From positions 173,272 to 237,271 of the forward strand of contig JAQTLZ010000001.1 of NCBI GenBank assembly GCA_028714635.1: a stretch of DNA of 64,000 nucleotides, written 5' to 3'. The DNA comes from Minisyncoccota bacterium. GTDB lineage: Bacteria; Patescibacteriota; Minisyncoccia; Phycocordibacterales; JAQTLZ01. Position 1 is the stretch's first letter; every line of letters starts with the position of its first letter. A program made the translations under genes and the position numbers. This document shows positions 56,287 through 64,000 of this stretch, one piece after another. The notes under the pieces are model-generated. The model was not told where the DNA came from. It ran no database searches and saw nothing but the letters and a program-made list of their open reading frames with translations.

Positions 56287-57822
56287 ATGGATTCAAAAAA
56301 ATTTACATTTACACAAGCAATTATTGGCGCCAGAGGCAGTATGGGCCAGTTTTTGGTCGATACCCTTTCTCCCGTTTCTAAAATAATGAAAGTGAATCGC
56401 GATAGTTCCAAAGCAGATTGGGATAAGGCTTGGAGAGCCGATGCGATCTGGCTTTCCGTTCCTCGCTCATCCTTGGATGAAATGCTTTCTGGCAAAAAAT
56501 TTACCAAAAAACAACTTCTTATAGATCTCTGTTCTCTCAAAAGGGGATTGGGAAAGGTGATAGAGAAAACTGGCGCAACCCATCTTTCTTTGCATCCGCT
56601 TCATGGGGCGAAGGTGCCTCTTATTGGCCAGCGCTGGGCGATTATTGAGACTTCTTCTCATGGAGAGAAAAATCCTCATGCAAAAGTGCTTATAGATTTT
56701 TTTAAAAAACAAGGCGTGGCATTTTTATCGGCCAGTTCGGAAGATCAGCATGATTTTATGATGGGAATCACTTTAAGTGTCCCGGAAGTTCTCACCATTA
56801 TTTTAGAAAAAGTTATTGGCAATTATGCAAAAGATGCTGGAAAATCTTCTCCGACCCAGGAAGAACTTATGCGATGGGCGGTTCCGGCATCAAACGCCAT
56901 TTTTGGAGCATACGCGCATACGATAAACAGCACTCCCGAATGGCTTCGAAACGAAATTATCCGCGAAGCCCCGCACGACCTGCTTCAGTCTGTAAAAGAA
57001 GCCTGCAAAGAAATACAGAATATTTCTCTCGAAAGCGTGGAGGAATCTATTGCCACTCAAGCAAAAAAGATCACTCAAATTGCTCCGGCAGAAAGAGATC
57101 GTATCCGAAGATGGATCAATCAGTGGTTTGTGGATTCGACCAAGACTTTTTTCAAATCCGCAAAAGAGAGCCGAGTAAAGCCGAATTTGAATATTCAGTG
57201 GATGGAAGCAATAAAAAATATTTTTCCTGCAAAGAAGAAAATTCTTACCGTAGGAATACACGGTATCGACGGATGCTTTACTCATGAAGCGCTTTTGCGT
57301 TTTCTCGAGGAAAATGGAATTTCGGAGATGCGAGTCGAACCAAAGTTTTTGGTGACTGCAGAGAATGTACTGAAAGCAGTAGATTCTGGAAAGACCGATC
57401 TGGGGATTTTTGCTATCGCTAATTCTGGTTCCGGCGCATATGTTTCCAGCATGGCACCTTTGGCAAAATATACCTTCAAGATACAAGCAGTCCTCGGAAT
57501 GGAAATCATGCAATGCCTTTTGGCCCACAAATCAATAAAGGATGTCGAAGCTATAAAGCAGGTGTTCGGCCATCCTCAAGCCGTGAGTCAATGTAAAAGA
57601 ACTCTCGAGGAAAGTTATCCGAAATTGAAAGTTGTTTCAGGCAAAGATAGCGACGATACTGCTCTCTGCGCCAAAAGAATTTCGAAAGGGGATTTGCCCA
57701 AGACCACTGCTACCCTCGCTTCCCAAATTGCCGCAAAAAGGTACGGATTGAATATTGTTTCCTACAACATGCATCACGACCCATTCAACACGACAACATT
57801 TTTGCTTGTGTCAAAAAAATAG
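56287..57822 (+). CDS. prephenate dehydrogenase-like N-domain fused to PDT-like C-domain (TyrA/PheA-like)
   Basis: Rossmann IIGARGSMGQFLV, SLHPLHGAK; C-terminal GIFAIANSGSGAY resembles the PDT ENS motif; Met at 56287 (ORF opens at 56200). Confidence 0.4.
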   Translation: MDSKKFTFTQAIIGARGSMGQFLVDTLSPVSKIMKVNRDSSKADWDKAWRADAIWLSVPRSSLDEMLSGKKFTKKQLLIDLCSLKRGLGKVIEKTGATHLSLHPLHGAKVPLIGQRWAIIETSSHGEKNPHAKVLIDFFKKQGVAFLSASSEDQHDFMMGITLSVPEVLTIILEKVIGNYAKDAGKSSPTQEELMRWAVPASNAIFGAYAHTINSTPEWLRNEIIREAPHDLLQSVKEACKEIQNISLESVEESIATQAKKITQIAPAERDRIRRWINQWFVDSTKTFFKSAKESRVKPNLNIQWMEAIKNIFPAKKKILTVGIHGIDGCFTHEALLRFLEENGISEMRVEPKFLVTAENVLKAVDSGKTDLGIFAIANSGSGAYVSSMAPLAKYTFKIQAVLGMEIMQCLLAHKSIKDVEAIKQVFGHPQAVSQCKRTLEESYPKLKVVSGKDSDDTALCAKRISKGDLPKTTATLASQIAAKRYGLNIVSYNMHHDPFNTTTFLLVSKK

Positions 57823-57953
57823 CAATGCCGAGAGTTCTTTGATGTTTTCCAATGAGACGAGTTGCGTGGATCTTTAGAAGGATCTACGCAACTCGTCTCA
57901 TTGTGAGCGAGTTTTAAACCAGCGATTAAACGGATACAAAAGGGAGAGTTCAA

Positions 57954-59153
57954 ATGGTTCAAGCGAGACAGTCGTGGCTTCGGTCTCGACCGAAGAACGT
58001 GTTCCATCAAGTCGACGATCAATGCACATTCGCGCAAGCGAATGGCGTCGCATTGTATCGATTTGATGTCGGCCTGCCTTCGGGGCCTGCATTTCTTTAC
58101 GCTCGCAAAGCAGCTGCAAGGGCTGTGATGTCGATCAAAGAAGCGATGCATACGTACCAAAAGAATGGATCTCCCGGAGTTCCTGATTTTGCGCGGGATT
58201 TTGTTCTTTGTCACGTCCCATCCTTGGCGAAACATCTCGACAAGGTAGCTTTTGTGCCCGTGCCCGGATTGAAGTCGATGTTCGAACTTATCCCGCGCGC
58301 ATGCGGGATTCCAGCGGAGCGTTCACGCGGGGTGCTCTACACCATGACGGATCCGGGGTATCCGCCGCCGGAAGATATGTGTGCAGATCTTGGTATCAAG
58401 AAGCACCGCAGGCTCGTGACGAACATGCGTAACGATTTCCTCTTTGAACCTGAGAGAACCGGCGCAAGGAAAGGGGACGTCATCATGATCAATTACCCGC
58501 ATAATCCAAGTGGGCAAGTAATGAACAGAGCTTGGCTTCGTCAGCTTTGTGCGCATTGCGAGAAATACGGTATCCGGCTTTTCAATGATGCTGCTTACGT
58601 CTTTCTCGACCATACTGGAAAGCGTGTGACATTGGCGGAGATTGCGGTTGAATTTCCGAATTTGTCATGGGCTGAAGGATTTTCGGCTTCGAAGATCGGC
58701 AATTTTACCGGCTGGCGTATCGGCGCGATTGTCGGTTCCTCCGACTTCATCGCTGATATTTGCCGGAAGAAAGCCAATATCGATAGTGGTTTTTGCGCGG
58801 CGCTTGCTTTGGCGGTGCTTCGTCAGTTACAAAATCGTCCTCAAGATGTCGAGGCGATGCGCTTGGTTTACAAACGTCGTCTCGATGGGGTCATTTCGGT
58901 GTTGGAGCGGTATGGTATGAAGCTCGCATTTCGTCCGAAAGCCGGCGCGTTTAGTCTCTGGCAAACGCCTCGCTACGCATTCGGGAAGCGGGTTGTAAAT
59001 GCCAAATTCTTCAATCACGAGTTGATTCTCCGGACGGGCGTGGTCGGCGTCGACTTCGACCCCTACTACAGGGTTGCAAGTTTCGGAGACGTTGAACCGA
59101 TGTTTCCCCAATTGGAACGGGCGTTCAAGATGGCGGAAGTGAGTTATCGATGA
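57954..59153 (+). CDS. class I/II pyridoxal-phosphate aminotransferase
   Basis: NYPHNPSGQV (NPxNPTG-like) and SASKIGNFTGWRIG (SxSKxxxxxGxRxG PLP-Lys) motifs; 399 aa. Confidence 0.7.
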   Translation: MVQARQSWLRSRPKNVFHQVDDQCTFAQANGVALYRFDVGLPSGPAFLYARKAAARAVMSIKEAMHTYQKNGSPGVPDFARDFVLCHVPSLAKHLDKVAFVPVPGLKSMFELIPRACGIPAERSRGVLYTMTDPGYPPPEDMCADLGIKKHRRLVTNMRNDFLFEPERTGARKGDVIMINYPHNPSGQVMNRAWLRQLCAHCEKYGIRLFNDAAYVFLDHTGKRVTLAEIAVEFPNLSWAEGFSASKIGNFTGWRIGAIVGSSDFIADICRKKANIDSGFCAALALAVLRQLQNRPQDVEAMRLVYKRRLDGVISVLERYGMKLAFRPKAGAFSLWQTPRYAFGKRVVNAKFFNHELILRTGVVGVDFDPYYRVASFGDVEPMFPQLERAFKMAEVSYR

Positions 59154-59170
59154 AGAGCAGGTTTTTCGAG

Positions 59171-59198
59171 GGCGGTTGTGTTGTGCATCCGCCTTTTT
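59171..59198 (+). terminator. rho-independent terminator
   Basis: ggcgg ttgtgttgtgcat ccgcc then tttttt. Confidence 0.65.
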
Positions 59199-59215
59199 TC
59201 TTTTCCACACCTTGC

Positions 59216-59243
59216 TTGACAGCAAGGTAGGCAGGGTTATGAT
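59216..59243 (+). promoter_or_regulatory. sigma70-like promoter TTGACA-N16-TATGAT
   Basis: TTGACA 59216-59221, TATGAT 59238-59243, in a 500-nt non-coding gap. Confidence 0.4.
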
Positions 59244-59249
59244 GGATAT

Positions 59250-59394
59250 ATGCAGTTGAGCCGAAACATTATTTGCAAGATTATCATTAACTCTCAAAAA
59301 GGGGAGACTTTTGATCCGTGTTGCGAATAAACTGAAAAATACAAACACTTACATCACCAAAAGCCTCCCTCTCCGGGGAGGCTTTCTTGTTTGA
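59250..59394 (+). ncRNA. candidate small RNA (promoter-to-terminator unit)
   Basis: Predicted TSS about 59250 after the promoter above; ends at hairpin aagcctccc tctccgg ggaggctt (59361-59384) then tcttgtttg; no convincing ORF inside. Confidence 0.25.
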
Positions 59395-59668
59395 AAATTG
59401 GGCATCTGTGAGAACAGACGAACAGTTTCCAGACAAGTCGTTGCACTTCGCAAAGACACGGTGTTTGGGAAAGTTCTGTCAAAAAAAGGAGACGAGCAGC
59501 CATGCAGGATCATCGGTGTGAAGTGGGTTCAAAGGTCGCAGAAGAAACTACACCAAGTAGCGTTCTTCCGCCGGTACCGGTTTTTCCTCTGAAGGATCTG
59601 GAGGTTCTTCGATCGGGGAAAAATCCCGCTAACGAAAGAAGGGATGCTTTGTGGGGAGAGGAGATACC

Positions 59669-59974
59669 ATGCAGCGATTAGATCCCGAAGTTGCGATGTA
59701 TATGCGGGAGGGACAAGAAGCATATAAGAAGGGTCTCGATCTCAACTCTTGCCCCCACCCTCGTGGACTGAGTGGCAATAACTGGAAATGGGGATGGATG
59801 AAGCAGATGGGACGCAGAGTTGTAGAAGGGATCATCCGAAACCGCGGTCCGGACTCTGCGCTTCTCAACGCGCCAGATCAATGCCATCGTTTTCATGGCT
59901 GGGTTGCTTCAGCCTTCGAAGATGGATTCAGAGAGACTGTGGAAGAGGTTAGAGGAGGTTCGGTGGCGACATGA
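59669..59974 (+). CDS. ribosome modulation factor (RMF)-like small protein
   Basis: QEAYKKGLDLNSCPHPRGLSGNNWKWGWMKQMGRRVV aligns with E. coli RMF (QRGYQAGIAGRSKEMCPYQTLNQRSQWLGGWREAMADRVV); SD GGGGAGAGGAG before the ATG at 59669. Confidence 0.45.
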   Translation: MQRLDPEVAMYMREGQEAYKKGLDLNSCPHPRGLSGNNWKWGWMKQMGRRVVEGIIRNRGPDSALLNAPDQCHRFHGWVASAFEDGFRETVEEVRGGSVAT

Positions 59975-60005
59975 CAATGTTGCCACTTTTTTATATTCTG
60001 AAGAA

Positions 60006-60527
60006 ATGAAAAAGGTTATTTCTCAAAATTTTTTCAATCGGCCGATACTTAAAGTCGCTCCGGATTTGCTCGGGAAATATTTGGTGCGGAAAATCAGGCG
60101 GAAAATTGTGAGGCTTAAAATTACAGAAGTAGAGGCTTACGATGGCGAGAAAGATTTGGCTTGTCATGCCTGCAGGGGGAGGACGCAACGGACTGAAATT
60201 ATGTATGGAGAGGCGGGTCGTTTTTATATTTATCTTTGTTATGGAATGTATTGGATGCTCAACATTGTCACGGGGCCAAAGGAATATCCGGCTGCGGTTT
60301 TGATTCGGGGAGTGGAAAGTTTTGAGGGGCCGGGAAAGCTCACTCGAGAGCTAAGAATTGATAAACGCTTCAACAAAAAAATAGTTAAGCCTCTGAGTGG
60401 GCTTTGGATAGAAAGTGGAGAAGAGAAAATACAGAAAAGCGCCGTCCTTCGGACGGCGCGTATCGGAGTTTCGTATGCCGGACCAATTTGGTCCAAGAGA
60501 AAGTATCGGTTCGTTTTAAAAAAGTGA
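60006..60527 (+). CDS. mpg: DNA-3-methyladenine glycosylase (Mpg/AAG family)
   Basis: LLGKYLV, EVEAYDGEKDLACHA, YIYLCYGMYWMLNIV, VLIRGVE match the AAG-family core; Met at 60006 inside ORF 59895..60527. Confidence 0.7.
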   Translation: MKKVISQNFFNRPILKVAPDLLGKYLVRKIRRKIVRLKITEVEAYDGEKDLACHACRGRTQRTEIMYGEAGRFYIYLCYGMYWMLNIVTGPKEYPAAVLIRGVESFEGPGKLTRELRIDKRFNKKIVKPLSGLWIESGEEKIQKSAVLRTARIGVSYAGPIWSKRKYRFVLKK

Positions 60528-60968
60528 TTCAACAACTGCCTTTACGTCGCCCCCGTCAGCCATTCCTTTTGTTTCTTTCATTACTGCACCCATAAGTTTT
60601 CCCGCACCCGCTTTGTCCGTCACGCCCATTTTTTCTTTCATAGCAGTTGCGATTTTTTTAATTTCGTCCTGTCTCATCATTTTTGGCATAAAGGTCTCGA
60701 GTACGCCCAATTCGGCCTGTTCGACCTTCACGAGGTCCATTCGGTTGCCCTTGGTAAACTGCTCTATTGAGTCTTTTCTTTGCTTTACGAGGCGTTTAAT
60801 GACAGTCATGGCATCTGTGTCAGAAAGCTCATCTGTCGGCTTTTTCATTTTTGCCACAAGCTCATTGGTAAACGCCGCAGAAATCCCTCGGACAACACCA
60901 AGTCGCAAAGCATCTTTTGCGAGCATGGCTTTTTTAATTTCTTCTTTGATGGATTGCTGGATGGACAT
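60516..60968 (-). CDS. GatB/YqeY domain protein
   Basis: MSIQQSIKEEIKKAMLAKDALRLGVVRGISAAF matches the YqeY N-terminus; 150 aa from the internal Met. Confidence 0.65.
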   Translation of the reverse strand: MSIQQSIKEEIKKAMLAKDALRLGVVRGISAAFTNELVAKMKKPTDELSDTDAMTVIKRLVKQRKDSIEQFTKGNRMDLVKVEQAELGVLETFMPKMMRQDEIKKIATAMKEKMGVTDKAGAGKLMGAVMKETKGMADGGDVKAVVESLF

Positions 60969-61047
60969 AGAAAATATAAGAATTTGTAATGAGGATAGTA
61001 TAGCAAAAATAGAGGAAAGAAAAATAGCTGGCACGCAAGCGCACCGG

Positions 61048-61404
61048 CTATTGATACGGATTGAAATAATCCTTAATAAACTCATTCACGTATGCATCGT
61101 ACAACATCCACATCCCGATGAGCCAGCATATTGAGAGGACGTGATATCTGACAAATTTGTCTCTCCAAATTGTCCCAAAAAGAAGAGCGGGGAGTGTCGC
61201 TAAGTAGAAATAGGCGACAATAACGAAGTTCTTTCCGATGATTGCCAGATTTTCCCTTACTTCTGGCGGTGTGGGTACACGTGACGTATAACGGACATTG
61301 AGAGCCATCACTAATGCGAACACGCAAAGCCACGCAAGATTGATCAGCCAGAAATTATTCCACGGATCATTGCGTCCGGCTTCTTCTCTTTTTTCTCTTT
61401 CCAC
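61048..61404 (-). CDS. hypothetical membrane protein
   Basis: 118 aa, 3 TM helices. Confidence 0.35.
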   Translation of the reverse strand: MEREKREEAGRNDPWNNFWLINLAWLCVFALVMALNVRYTSRVPTPPEVRENLAIIGKNFVIVAYFYLATLPALLFGTIWRDKFVRYHVLSICWLIGMWMLYDAYVNEFIKDYFNPYQ

Positions 61405-61522
61405 CGGACACCTCTCTTTCGTAAAGGGTTAATTTCCAAGTTAAAAGTAGCTATTTTTCTGTGGGGTGTCAAATGAAAAACACCCGGGCGGTAAGGCTCG
61501 GGTGAATCTAGGACGTGCGGAC

Positions 61523-61786
61523 CTACAATTTTCGAAGACCTTTCAGGTGATCTTCGTAGTGAAGGCCAGTAGTGAAGGCATCCTTGTTTGCTTCCCTCGG
61601 GCGATCCGAAGGTTTTTCGGTTGTACAGAGGACGCCGTGCTTCAGAAACACAGCGAGATGGTTCTCAAGATCTCCCGCGTTTCTGATTTCATGGTCGCAG
61701 AACTTTTGTTCAAGTTCTTTTTTTGTCTGCGGCCACTTAATCTTTTGAAACCACGGAGATGCGAGAATTTCTTGCGAGGTGTACAT
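61523..61786 (-). CDS. hypothetical small protein
   Basis: 87-aa ORF. Confidence 0.3.
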   Translation of the reverse strand: MYTSQEILASPWFQKIKWPQTKKELEQKFCDHEIRNAGDLENHLAVFLKHGVLCTTEKPSDRPREANKDAFTTGLHYEDHLKGLRKL

Positions 61787-61864
61787 GACTCATTCTCCAG
61801 AGTTGACGGTTAAACTTCCCATTTAAAATTACCATTATTAAAAAATTGTTGCTATAATTTCAGT

Positions 61865-62908
61865 ATGTTGATAACTCTTTTGACCACACTTATTGTACTT
61901 GTTGCAATTGTCATCATTTTTTTGGTGCGGATGAATATGAAAAAGTCGCCGGAAAAAGGCGAAGATGTGGGGTTTAAGCTTCTTTTGGAACAGATGAATG
62001 AACTATCTCGTACGGTTCATGATGTGAATAAGACTGTTGATGCAAAGATGACCACGCAATTTACCGAGTCGCAACGGCTCATTAAAGACATCACTCGCGA
62101 GCTTACTGAAGTGAAAGAGACGGGGAAGCAGGTTATTTCTTTTGCTGATCAGCTTCAGAATTTGCAGGATATTTTGAAGAATCCGAAACAGCGGGGGATT
62201 TTGGGCGAATATTATCTCGAAACTTTGCTCAAAAATGTCATGCCTCCGGGCTCTTATCAGATGCAATACAAATTTCCGGATGAGACCATCGTGGATGCTG
62301 TGGTCTTTGTGAAAGATAAAATTATTCCGATCGATTCTAAATTCAGTCTTGAAAATTACAATCGTATTGTTGAAGAAAAAGACGAGACTCGCAAAAAAGA
62401 GTACGAAAAAGTCTTTCTGAATGATTTAAAAAACCGAATTCTGGAAACTTCAAAATATATTCAGCCGAATAATGGCACGATGGATTTTGCCTTTATGTTC
62501 ATTCCCCACGAGGCGATTTATTACGATTTGATCGTGAATAAAATCGGCGGGAATCAGGATGACGACGAAAATCTCATTCAACGAGCAGCAAGCAAGTACA
62601 AAGTTATCATTGTTTCGCCGACATCATTTCTTGCATACCTCCAGACCGTGCTTCAGGGGCTGCGCGCGCTCAAAATCGAGGATACCGCGAAGGATATTAT
62701 TAAAAGAGTGGATGAGCTCGGTAAGCACCTCAAAAGCTACGAGGACTATCACGGCAAGATGGGGAACGCTTTGGCGACGACGGTAAACCATTACAACGCC
62801 TCCCAAAAGGAATTTAAGAAGATTGATAAGGATGTGCTTCGGGTGACGGGGGACGCCCTAGAAATTGGAGCTATCGTTTTAGACCGTCCGGACCGCGAGG
62901 AGGAGTGA
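61865..62908 (+). CDS. rmuC: DNA recombination protein RmuC family
   Basis: N-terminal TM, coiled coil, C-terminal KYKVIIVSPTSFLAYLQTVLQG region typical of RmuC; 347 aa. Confidence 0.6.
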   Translation: MLITLLTTLIVLVAIVIIFLVRMNMKKSPEKGEDVGFKLLLEQMNELSRTVHDVNKTVDAKMTTQFTESQRLIKDITRELTEVKETGKQVISFADQLQNLQDILKNPKQRGILGEYYLETLLKNVMPPGSYQMQYKFPDETIVDAVVFVKDKIIPIDSKFSLENYNRIVEEKDETRKKEYEKVFLNDLKNRILETSKYIQPNNGTMDFAFMFIPHEAIYYDLIVNKIGGNQDDDENLIQRAASKYKVIIVSPTSFLAYLQTVLQGLRALKIEDTAKDIIKRVDELGKHLKSYEDYHGKMGNALATTVNHYNASQKEFKKIDKDVLRVTGDALEIGAIVLDRPDREEE

Positions 62909-62952
62909 GGGAATTTGCCATTTTAAGCCACTTTTGCTAGGATAGTGCCACT

Positions 62953-63273
62953 ATGAAGGATTTCGCAGTCATACAAACAGGTGGCAAGCAATACAAAGTC
63001 TCCGTCGGAGATGTCCTTAAAATTGAGAAAATGCCAGGGGAATTCAAGGCTGGCGACACTATTTCTTTTGACAAAGTGCTTATCGTGGACAACGGCAAAG
63101 ATACGACTATCGGAACTCCATTTATCGAGGGTGCAAAGGTTGCTGCTATTTTCGAAAAAGCCGGCCGAGCTCCAAAAATCGACGTGGTTAAATACAAAGC
63201 AAAAAGCAAATACTACAAGAAACGAGGCCACCGACAGCCATTCTTTGAGGTGAAGATTAAATCAATACAATAA
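62953..63273 (+). CDS. rplU: 50S ribosomal protein L21
   Basis: MKDFAVIQTGGKQYKVSVGDVLKIEK canonical L21 N-terminus; 106 aa. Confidence 0.85.
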   Translation: MKDFAVIQTGGKQYKVSVGDVLKIEKMPGEFKAGDTISFDKVLIVDNGKDTTIGTPFIEGAKVAAIFEKAGRAPKIDVVKYKAKSKYYKKRGHRQPFFEVKIKSIQ

Positions 63274-63277
63274 AAAA

Positions 63278-63312
63278 ACGGCGCGGGGCATAAAGCTCGG
63301 CGCCATTTTCGT
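63278..63312 (+). terminator. putative rho-independent terminator
   Basis: GC-rich hairpin acggcgcgg...ctcggcgcc then attttcgtttcg. Confidence 0.5.
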
Positions 63313-63321
63313 TTCGTTGAC

Positions 63322-63819
63322 TCACTTGTATTCCTCGGGTTCAGGTAATTTCCCGATGCCAAAAGCATAGTACTTGTATGCTTGGAGCGCGTCAGTGGTG
63401 AACTTATTCTCCATGCGCTCACCTAGGCTCTCGCGAACCAAGGATGTGTATACCGCTTCGGCAGTGTTATCGTACCGCACTGACCCGCGGTATTTGTCTT
63501 CGATTCCCCTGAGGTGTTCTTCCGTTTGTTCGATTGCCTTGTGGTTCAAATTGGGATATGTCTCGTTGAACCAGCGTTTCCAGCCGACGTCTCGCTCGTA
63601 ATCTTTTACTGCGCCACCTATCCAATAGAGCGCGACGACAGGAATCCAAAGAGAGAGGTAAAAAAGAATGGCCCAAATTGTCGGTGATGAGCTCACTTTG
63701 GCTTCCTTCGCATAGATTACAAAAATGATGATATTTGCAATCACCACGAGGGTAAGCAACACATATATCGCGTTTGCTATTGGGTGCTTGATGTGGTATA
63801 GGCGCCTTTTGAGGTGCAT
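63322..63819 (-). CDS. hypothetical membrane protein
   Basis: 165 aa, 2 TM helices then a soluble domain. Confidence 0.4.
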   Translation of the reverse strand: MHLKRRLYHIKHPIANAIYVLLTLVVIANIIIFVIYAKEAKVSSSPTIWAILFYLSLWIPVVALYWIGGAVKDYERDVGWKRWFNETYPNLNHKAIEQTEEHLRGIEDKYRGSVRYDNTAEAVYTSLVRESLGERMENKFTTDALQAYKYYAFGIGKLPEPEEYK

Positions 63820-64000
63820 GGTATTTCCCTCCTAGTTGGTACAGGTCTTTTTCGAGGAGCTTTAGTCCACAATGGACACAAAAAACAGCTGCTCTTCGCA
63901 TACCATATCAGCATATTTTCACTTCGTCAAATCACTTGGAAGCTGAGCTTCCAAGTCGAATTATGAGCGGTTTTTGAAAGCGTTTTTGAGAGTGTCTGAA

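Noticed and set aside
59398-59592. 64-aa ORF in the gap before the RMF-like gene
   Set aside because: It has no SD and Arg/Lys-rich low-complexity composition, and it sits between a terminator and the rmf-like leader, so it is likely non-coding.

Overview
This 64 kb window looks like a compact, AT-rich bacterial chromosome segment; the gene content suggests Patescibacteria/CPR, but that is my inference and not a database result. Supporting gene content: a compact type IV pilus operon, an array of VirB2/TrbC-like small 'pilin' paralogs, a short 500-aa IF-2, and many Pro/Thr-rich secreted proteins. The window runs in this order: Nudix hydrolase and nucleotidyltransferase; a type IV pilus locus (pilB, pilC, four pseudopilins, major pilin, large adhesin); a methyltransferase and a solute-binding-like protein; five tandem VirB2-like pilin-domain genes; a GC-rich patch of membrane proteins; a minus-strand tRNA array (Cys, Leu-UAA, Lys, Leu-UAG) downstream of infB-rbfA; iscS-like cysteine desulfurase; clpB; tRNA-Tyr; alr; and mraZ-rsmH-ftsL-ftsI. 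Directly after ftsI sits a ~14 kb integrated mobile element (39.9-54.2 kb). It is bounded by a tRNA-Glu whose 3' part overlaps the element's large serine recombinase gene. The element carries an HTH gene, a type III restriction-modification pair (Mod, Res), a short UvrD-like helicase, a small PD-(D/E)xK-like nuclease, and a unique 224-aa protein in one operon, plus a P-loop replication-like protein and several proteins I cannot assign. Three intergenic sites inside the element, plus one at its left edge, carry phased GTGAAC direct repeats. Several element genes start with an odd conserved AATGTAAATGTATATG motif that gives MYM N-termini. I consider this element the best candidate for an undescribed system. 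Downstream are an M23 peptidase and a GC-rich block (prephenate dehydrogenase/dehydratase-like proteins, an aminotransferase, an RMF-like protein, a 3-methyladenine glycosylase), then rmuC and rplU. Two ~145-nt paralogous structured elements sit immediately 3' of tRNA genes, one after tRNA-Lys and one after tRNA-Tyr. All three of their stems show compensatory base changes between the copies, and their 3' ends copy the 3' end of the neighbouring tRNA; I cannot place them in any known RNA class. A 13-mer motif (AGCTACAAGCTAC) is dispersed at four loci, one of them in-frame inside iscS. No rRNA or CRISPR array is present. All calls rest on reading the sequence and ORF translations by eye; no searches were run.
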